Source of the DNA: a virus
Taxonomy: Duplodnaviria; Heunggongvirae; Uroviricota; Caudoviricetes
DNA length: 11,653 nt
Strand: one strand, 5' to 3'
IMG/VR virus record: IMGVR_UViG_2579778842_000018
Span: 1 to 11,653 of that record
A model generated the notes under the pieces. It was not told the origin of the DNA, made no database searches, and worked only from the letters and a program-made list of their open reading frames with translations. The position numbers and the translations under genes were made by a program. Positions within the stretch are counted from its first letter, which is position 1; every line of letters starts with the position of its first letter. Of this stretch, positions 6,159 through 11,653 are shown piece by piece.

Positions 6159-6177
6159 CAGACCGAGGTAACAAGTT

Positions 6178-6330
6178 ATGCAGTGGAAAATCATCAACGG
6201 TTGGTACTGCGTTACTGCATGCGGATTCATGAGCTGGAAGTTCCGCACCTTACAGGAAGGCATTAAGTGGGCTTTCGTCAGCAAAGAAGCTCGCGATGTG
6301 GCCAACGATAACGAGATATGGGAGGGCTGA
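6178..6330 (+). CDS. Small hypothetical protein, 50 aa, first gene of the early operon (absent from the ORF track)
   Basis: ATG at 6178 with GAGGT 8 nt upstream; hand translation MQWKIINGWYCVTACGFMSWKFRTLQEGIKWAFVSKEARDVANDNEIWEG, stop TGA 6328-6330, two nt before the next gene start. Confidence 0.4.
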   Translation: MQWKIINGWYCVTACGFMSWKFRTLQEGIKWAFVSKEARDVANDNEIWEG

Positions 6331-6332
6331 TA

Positions 6333-6632
6333 ATGAACGTTAATCAGCAGAAAAATCTTCAAAAAATCATGCTGGCATTCGACAAGGACTACCGCCTGTC
6401 AGAACAGCTATATGACCGACAAGTTGAACTGATTGAGAGTATCCGGCTTCATCAACTGGCATCAACTTTCGACGTTGTAACAGTTAAAGGCGTTCGCCAG
6501 GAAGTACTGGAGGCCGCTAAAGACAGCCCTGAGTTCGAAGAACTAATGGATGCCTACCGGCGCGAGGCAATGGCAATTATCGCCCGCTGGGATCTGGCTG
6601 ATCAGATTGATGGGCAGAGGGACGCGGCATGA
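6333..6632 (+). CDS. Hypothetical phage protein, 99 aa
   Basis: ATG at 6333 (MNVNQQKNLQ...) with GGAGGG 7 nt upstream; preferred over the track start at 6318. Stop overlaps the exonuclease start (ATGA). No recognisable motif; not arginine-rich. Confidence 0.6.
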   Translation: MNVNQQKNLQKIMLAFDKDYRLSEQLYDRQVELIESIRLHQLASTFDVVTVKGVRQEVLEAAKDSPEFEELMDAYRREAMAIIARWDLADQIDGQRDAA

Positions 6633-7450
6633 ATCCGGGAATTTATTTCGATATCAGCAACGAGGACTACCACGCCGGTGACGGCGTGAGTAAGTCGCAG
6701 CTAGATATGGTGGCTAAGAACCCTGCCCTTCTGAAATGGGTGAAGGCTGCTCCGGAAGACGAAGAGAAGAAGTCTGCACTGGATATGGGTACTGCTCTGC
6801 ACTGTCTGCTTCTGGAACCTAGAGAGTTTGACAAACGCTTCATCGTTTCACCGAAATTCGATCGTCGGACAAAACAAGGTAAAGCTGACGAAGAGGCATT
6901 TATTCGTGATGTAGCGGATATGGGGATTTCGGTACTTGATGCAGAGCAGTGGCGAAAACTGGAGCTGATGCGTGATAGCGCAATGGCTCACCCGGCGGCA
7001 CGCTGGATGCTGGAAGCACCTGGTTACTGCGAAGCATCAATGTACTGGAACGATGAAGAGACGGGTGAGTTGTGCCGAATTCGTCCAGACAAATGGCTGA
7101 ACGAGCACAACGTAATCGTCGACGTGAAAAAGGTTGCAGATATGGATCGTTTTGCTCGCCACATCGAGGAATTCCGCTACCACGTGCAGGACGCAATGTA
7201 CCGTGAAGGCGCAATGAGGGTTACTGGTCAGCCGCATGGTTTTTTCTTTCTTGCCGTGAGCGAAAGCATTGATTGTGGTCGGTATCCGGTACGCGTGTTC
7301 GAGCTGGATGCGAAGGATGTCGATACCGGGCACGCTCTGTTCCGCCGGGATCTGAATACCTATCACGAATGCCGCATCAATGATGAATGGGGTGGCGTGG
7401 AAATTATTAAACGCCCTGACTGGGCACGTAAACAGGATATGTACATATGA
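6629..7450 (+). CDS. PD-(D/E)XK-family nuclease (phage recombination exonuclease-like), 273 aa
   Basis: Candidate catalytic residues in RIRPDKW...IVDVKKV (D...D-x-K). Gene is immediately upstream of, and translationally coupled to, the annealing-protein gene, as in exo-bet or recE-recT pairs. RBS GAGGGA. Confidence 0.7.
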   Translation: MNPGIYFDISNEDYHAGDGVSKSQLDMVAKNPALLKWVKAAPEDEEKKSALDMGTALHCLLLEPREFDKRFIVSPKFDRRTKQGKADEEAFIRDVADMGISVLDAEQWRKLELMRDSAMAHPAARWMLEAPGYCEASMYWNDEETGELCRIRPDKWLNEHNVIVDVKKVADMDRFARHIEEFRYHVQDAMYREGAMRVTGQPHGFFFLAVSESIDCGRYPVRVFELDAKDVDTGHALFRRDLNTYHECRINDEWGGVEIIKRPDWARKQDMYI

Positions 7451-8388
7451 GCAACAACATCGCAAACATCAACGCACCAGTAGACACAGCAATCGCTGGC
7501 ACTGCTGCAACTATTTTCAGCCCAGACGGCTTGAACCAACTGATGAAATTCGCCGAGGTAATGGCGCAAAGCCGCGTAACGGTACCGGCGCACCTCGCCG
7601 GGAAACCAGCTGATTGCATGGCCGTGGCAATGCAGGCTGCGCAGTGGGGAATGAACCCGTTTGCCGTGGCTCAGAAAACCCATGTTGTGAACGGCACGCT
7701 AGGTTATGAAGCCCAATTAGTAAACGCAGTTATCTCAACAATGTCGCCAACAAAAGATCGCATCAACTACGAGTGGTTCGGGCCGTGGGAACGCGTGATC
7801 GGTAAGTTTGTTGAGAAAACATCCAAAAACGGCAATCCGTATATCGCACCAGGCTGGACTATAAAAGACGAAGAAGGCTGCGGTGTTCGCGTATGGGCAA
7901 CCATGAAGGGAGAGGATCAACCTCGAGTGCTCGAGTTAATGCTGTCTCAGGCACAGGTAAGAAACTCCACACTTTGGGCCAGCGATCCGAAACAACAACT
8001 CGCATACCTTGCGACAAAACGCTGGTCTCGCTTGCACTGTCCTGACGTAATCATGGGCGTCTATACACCTGACGAATTACAGGAAACGGCACCGCGCGTT
8101 GAGCGAGACATTACTCCGCAAACAACTACGGCTGCGGGAATTAATAGTCTGATCAACGCTAAAACAGTGAAAAAGCCTGATGAGCAAACGCGTAAAGCGG
8201 ATAGCCGTGATCCAGAAGAAATGCTGATGGCCTTTACCAGCGCAGCGATGAATTACAGCACTGTCTCCGAACTGGATAAGGCTTACAAATACATTGCACA
8301 AAAACTTTCAGATGATGACGAACTGCTGGCAAAAGCCACCGACGTTTACAGCGTTCGTCGGGAAGAATTAAACGAAACATCTATGTAA
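7447..8388 (+). CDS. Single-strand annealing recombinase (RecT/Bet-like), 313 aa
   Basis: Start overlaps the nuclease stop (ATGA); size and position fit the partner of a phage exonuclease. Family call is from context and general resemblance; exact family (RecT, Bet or ERF) was not resolved. Confidence 0.6.
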   Translation: MSNNIANINAPVDTAIAGTAATIFSPDGLNQLMKFAEVMAQSRVTVPAHLAGKPADCMAVAMQAAQWGMNPFAVAQKTHVVNGTLGYEAQLVNAVISTMSPTKDRINYEWFGPWERVIGKFVEKTSKNGNPYIAPGWTIKDEEGCGVRVWATMKGEDQPRVLELMLSQAQVRNSTLWASDPKQQLAYLATKRWSRLHCPDVIMGVYTPDELQETAPRVERDITPQTTTAAGINSLINAKTVKKPDEQTRKADSRDPEEMLMAFTSAAMNYSTVSELDKAYKYIAQKLSDDDELLAKATDVYSVRREELNETSM

Positions 8389-8437
8389 CCACCACCGCGG
8401 CGCCACGCGCGCCGCACTGCAACCAAGAGAGGTATTT

Positions 8438-8686
8438 ATGAAAGGTGCATTAGGTAAGAAGGAACTCCTGGCGGTGGTGCCACTGTCATGGAGCACTATC
8501 GACCGTATGGAGCGCGCAGGGGAATTTCCTAAACGCTGGTATATCACTGACAAACGCTGCGCATGGAACCGTGACGAAGTTGAGCGTTGGCTTGATGAAC
8601 GTCAGGCAGCAAGCCCGGCAGAGTTCCAAGGTAAAAAGCCTCCTGTTCAGCAACGTGTATATCGTCCTGTGAGCAACGCTGCATGA
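8438..8686 (+). CDS. AlpA-family phage transcriptional regulator / excisionase-like HTH protein, 82 aa
   Basis: Segment ELLAVVPLSWSTIDRMERAGEFPKRWYITDKRCAWNRDEVERWL matches the AlpA HTH pattern. RBS AGAGAGG 5 nt upstream of the ATG. Confidence 0.75.
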   Translation: MKGALGKKELLAVVPLSWSTIDRMERAGEFPKRWYITDKRCAWNRDEVERWLDERQAASPAEFQGKKPPVQQRVYRPVSNAA

Positions 8687-8795
8687 GTGCGCTGCTAAGG
8701 CACTGGAGCAAATGGTCAGGATGGTACTTATTCCTGGCCTCTGTTTCAGCATGGCTTTATCTGCTGGCATTAATTTTCAGAGAGGGTTGGATTAA

Positions 8796-9095
8796 GTGAG
8801 AAAGTTAAGCCGACTTGAAAAATATCACATGAACAAGGTTTCAATGCGCAGTCCGTCAAAGATTGTCGCCGTTACTCCTGCGGCGATAGAGATCGAAAAA
8901 CGCGCGATTGAAAGAGAGAAAAAAGGGCAGTTCCGCATTGCCGCTCACCTTTGGCTTCAGTGTATGGATGTTGCTTCTGGTGATGTTGAGCGTGCAAGGA
9001 TCGCGGTTCGCAGGGACCAATGTATCACAAAAGGTAACGGCCTTCGCCGTGGCGACTATAGCGGCATAGGATGTTGTGGGGTGGTTTATGACTAA
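8796..9095 (+). CDS. PerC-like small transcriptional regulator (putative), 83-99 aa depending on start
   Basis: Segment EKKGQFRIAAHLWLQCMDVASGDVERARIAVRRDQCI resembles the PerC motif (E-KG-WRRAAxxWLxVM...RR..C) as I recall it. Start ambiguous: GTG 8796 (GAGGG upstream), ATG 8829 or ATG 8844. Confidence 0.45.
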   Translation: MRKLSRLEKYHMNKVSMRSPSKIVAVTPAAIEIEKRAIEREKKGQFRIAAHLWLQCMDVASGDVERARIAVRRDQCITKGNGLRRGDYSGIGCCGVVYD

Positions 9096-9738
9096 GAAAT
9101 ACACACTAATCTATGCAGATCCACCCTGGGTATACCGGGACAAAGCCGCAGATGGTAATCGCGGTGCCGGCTTTAAATATCCTGTTATGAGTGTGCTGGA
9201 TATCTGCCGCCTTCCTGTGTGGGATTTGACCGCTGAAAACTGTCTGTTGGCCATGTGGTGGGTGCCAACACAACCACTCGAAGCACTAAAAGTTGTTGAA
9301 GCCTGGGGATTTCGTCTGATGACGATGAAGGGCTTCACGTGGATAAAATGTGGTAGCCGACAACCAGATAAACTGGTTATGGGTATGGGACACATGACTC
9401 GCGCCAATAGTGAAGATTGCCTGTTTGCGGTAAAGGGAAAACTACCTACGCGCATTAATGCAGGGATCGTTCAGTCATTTACCGCACCGCGGCTTGAGCA
9501 TTCAAGAAAACCAGATATCGTTCGTGAAAAACTTGTGCAATTGTTAGGCGATGTTTCTCGCATTGAACTGTTCGCCCGCCAGTCGTCTCATGGCTTCGAT
9601 GTTTGGGGTAATCAGTGCGAAGACCCGGCAGTGCAACTACATCCTGGATACGCGTTGGATATTGGCGGATTAACAAATGCATTCAGCAATGCTCCGCTGT
9701 CACCAACAGACAACCAGGGGCGGGAGCGTGTAGCATGA
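9088..9738 (+). CDS. MT-A70-family DNA N6-adenine methyltransferase (orphan), 216 aa
   Basis: Catalytic DPPW motif in [18 protein letters not shown] near the N-terminus; no adjacent restriction endonuclease gene. ATG at 9088 preferred over the track GTG at 9076. Stop overlaps the phosphatase start (ATGA). Confidence 0.85.
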   Translation: MTKKYTLIYADPPWVYRDKAADGNRGAGFKYPVMSVLDICRLPVWDLTAENCLLAMWWVPTQPLEALKVVEAWGFRLMTMKGFTWIKCGSRQPDKLVMGMGHMTRANSEDCLFAVKGKLPTRINAGIVQSFTAPRLEHSRKPDIVREKLVQLLGDVSRIELFARQSSHGFDVWGNQCEDPAVQLHPGYALDIGGLTNAFSNAPLSPTDNQGRERVA

Positions 9739-10394
9739 ACCTATATCAACGCATCAATGGCGCTGACTGGTGCAATATCTTCGTCGTCGGCGATCTGCAT
9801 GGGTGCTACACGCTGCTGATGAACGAACTCGACAAAGTTTCATTCGACCCGGCGCGCGATTTGCTTATTTCCGTTGGTGACCTTGTTGACCGCGGCGCTG
9901 AAAACGTCGAATGCCTGGATTTGATTACTATGCCGTGGTTCCGAGCTGTTCGTGGCAACCATGAGCAGATGATGCTGGATGCACTGGTCAACGGCGGAAG
10001 TTTCGGACATTGGATGTCAAACGGCGGTGGATGGTGGCACCAACTTGATTCTGAGCAGGATGTGAAACTCAAATACCTTCTGCCAAAGATTACCAACCTC
10101 CCGATGATTATCGAACTGGTTACCGGCAATAAGAAGGTCGTCATCTGCCACGCAGACTACCCGCACAACGAATACGCATTCGATAAGCCAGTACCGGAAG
10201 AAATGGTGATATGGAATCGTGAGCGGGTTAGCGGCGCGCAGGACGGTATTGTCTCGGAGATAACCGGTGCCGATTTGTTCATCTTCGGTCATACGCCAGC
10301 ACATCACCCACTGGTGTATGCAAACCAGATGTACATCGACACCGGCGCAGTGTTCTGCGGAAATCTGACGCTTACCAAAGTCCAGGAAGGATAG
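9735..10394 (+). CDS. Lambda-type Ser/Thr protein phosphatase (metallophosphatase), 219 aa
   Basis: All three metallophosphatase signatures are present: GDLHG (VVGDLHGCY), GDLVDRG, GNHE. Overall collinear with the phage lambda phosphatase as I recall it. ATG at 9735 overlaps the methyltransferase stop. Confidence 0.9.
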   Translation: MNLYQRINGADWCNIFVVGDLHGCYTLLMNELDKVSFDPARDLLISVGDLVDRGAENVECLDLITMPWFRAVRGNHEQMMLDALVNGGSFGHWMSNGGGWWHQLDSEQDVKLKYLLPKITNLPMIIELVTGNKKVVICHADYPHNEYAFDKPVPEEMVIWNRERVSGAQDGIVSEITGADLFIFGHTPAHHPLVYANQMYIDTGAVFCGNLTLTKVQEG

Positions 10395-10396
10395 AA

Positions 10397-11653
10397 TTAT
10401 TTATTACTGCCTTCCATCCACCTCTCAAACTTCGACGGGGAGAACGGAATCAGATCCGTATGCTCCCCGTTAATCCAGGAATCAATCATATCTGCCCACT
10501 GCTGCAACATGTAGGCGCGCTGTCTGGCGTATTCCGCTTTGTTATATACGGCGCGCACACCTTTCTGCTCATGTGCCAGAGCCTTTTCAATCCAGTCTGA
10601 AGGATAACCAGCCTCATGCAACAACGTACTGGCTGTACGGCGCATATCATGTACAGTGAAGTCCTGAATATGCTCACCATCTTCATTTATTATTTTCACC
10701 GTTCTGTCGATCAGAGAGTTCAGCGCGGCATTAGATAATGGCTTCCGGAAATTGTAACGACCAGGAACCAGATATTCACTTCCACCAGCGCACATCTGCA
10801 ACCCGACCAATATATCCTGTGCCTGTTTAGGCAGGTAAATAACGTGCGCCCGGCTTCCCTTCATGCGGTCTGAAGGAATTGTCCATGTCCATTTTTTAAA
10901 ATCTATTTCGTCCCACGTTGCATTGGTGAATTCGCCCTTACGAACCATAGTGATAAGCACCAGTTTTAAAGCCATTTTCATAGTGCCCATAGCACCAATG
11001 GCATCCAGCGTGCGGAAGAACAGGCCAATTTCTTCTGGTGTCAGTGTTCGCTCTCGTGGTTTAAATATGGCGATAGACGAAGGTTTAATGTCAGCCGCAG
11101 GATTAAACAAACCATGACCACGGTCATTGGCGTGACGGTATACGCTGCTGATAATCTCCCTGGCCTGTACTGCTGTTGCCCGACCACCGCGTTCGACAAT
11201 CCGGTCACACAAATCACGAACCATCGATGTGGTAATTTCAGCCATCATTTTGTTGCCAAGAACCGGAAGTATGTCACGATCGATCACCGCCTGCTTCATT
11301 GCGCGGGTACTGTCAGCCAGGATGACGTGTTTCATATAACTGTCGGTATGTACCGCAAACGTCTCGGCACCACGAATCTTTTTGATACCGTCACGTTTAG
11401 CCGCAGCCGGCGACTGGCCTGCTTTAAGCAGCTTCTTTGCAGCAATCAGTTCTTCTCGCGCTTCTGCTAGGCTGATACCGTCACGCCCATACTGCCCGAT
11501 TACCAGTGTTTCGCGGCGACCGTTGATACGGTAGTCATAGCGAAACGAGACCGTGCCTGACGTAAGCACAGCTACATACAGCCCGTCACGATCGGAGACC
11601 TTGTACAGTTTGTCCTGCGGCTTGAGGTTTTTTAATTTTGTATCGGTAAGCAC
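10397..11653 (-). CDS. Tyrosine site-specific integrase, P4-like family, 418 aa (start at the window edge)
   Basis: N-terminus MLTDTKLKNLKPQDKLYKVSDRDGLYV is typical of P4-type integrases. C-terminal catalytic region has HDMRRTAST (H-x-x-R) and a downstream Tyr in VRAVYNKAEY. First codon is GTG at 11651-11653, so the true start could lie just beyond the window. Confidence 0.9.
   Translation of the reverse strand: MLTDTKLKNLKPQDKLYKVSDRDGLYVAVLTSGTVSFRYDYRINGRRETLVIGQYGRDGISLAEAREELIAAKKLLKAGQSPAAAKRDGIKKIRGAETFAVHTDSYMKHVILADSTRAMKQAVIDRDILPVLGNKMMAEITTSMVRDLCDRIVERGGRATAVQAREIISSVYRHANDRGHGLFNPAADIKPSSIAIFKPRERTLTPEEIGLFFRTLDAIGAMGTMKMALKLVLITMVRKGEFTNATWDEIDFKKWTWTIPSDRMKGSRAHVIYLPKQAQDILVGLQMCAGGSEYLVPGRYNFRKPLSNAALNSLIDRTVKIINEDGEHIQDFTVHDMRRTASTLLHEAGYPSDWIEKALAHEQKGVRAVYNKAEYARQRAYMLQQWADMIDSWINGEHTDLIPFSPSKFERWMEGSNK

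Noticed and set aside
6333-6632. N-like antiterminator assignment for the second early-operon gene
   Set aside because: The product lacks the arginine-rich N-terminal motif characteristic of N proteins; left as hypothetical.
6900-7683. Minus-strand track ORFs 6900..7214, 7037..7465, 7363..7683, 7407..7619 inside the nuclease and annealing-protein genes
   Set aside because: Antisense to plus-strand genes with a catalytic motif and coupled starts; no RBS and implausible composition.
9806-10307. Minus-strand track ORFs inside the phosphatase gene
   Set aside because: The phosphatase frame carries all three metallophosphatase signatures; the antisense ORFs are artefacts.
10385-10416. GGAAGG/CCTTCC inverted repeat between the convergent phosphatase and integrase genes as a bidirectional terminator
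   Set aside because: The loop is about 20 nt and there is no flanking T/A tract on either strand; not convincing as an intrinsic terminator.
10486-11470. Track ORFs 10486..10686 (-), 10863..11117 (+), 11114..11470 (+) within the integrase
   Set aside because: They overlap, or are nested in an alternative frame of, the 418-aa integrase ORF, which has catalytic motifs.

Overview
This window reads as the early, immunity and replication region of an integrated lambda-like (lambdoid) prophage from an enterobacterium, with a P4-type tyrosine integrase at the right edge. All calls come from reading the sequence and translations by eye; no database search or folding was run. From right to left: the integrase (minus strand, start at the window edge); a plus-strand early operon converging on it (two small unknown proteins, PD-(D/E)XK exonuclease, RecT/Bet-like annealing protein, AlpA-like regulator, PerC-like regulator, MT-A70 methyltransferase, lambda-type Ser/Thr phosphatase); a tandem-HTH repressor-like gene with its own terminator; and a divergent minus-strand operon (Cro-like, zinc-finger protein, O-like initiator with internal iterons, P-like helicase loader, then accessory genes including Ead/Ea22-like and Lar-like proteins). 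The most notable sequence-level signal is a 17-bp palindrome family, ATTACC-N5-GGTAAT, present at seven sites in four intergenic regions, which I interpret as operators. I found no CRISPR array, no rRNA or intact tRNA, no transposase, and nothing I could defend as a recognisable new defence system; the unknowns are small accessory ORFs and regulatory structure.
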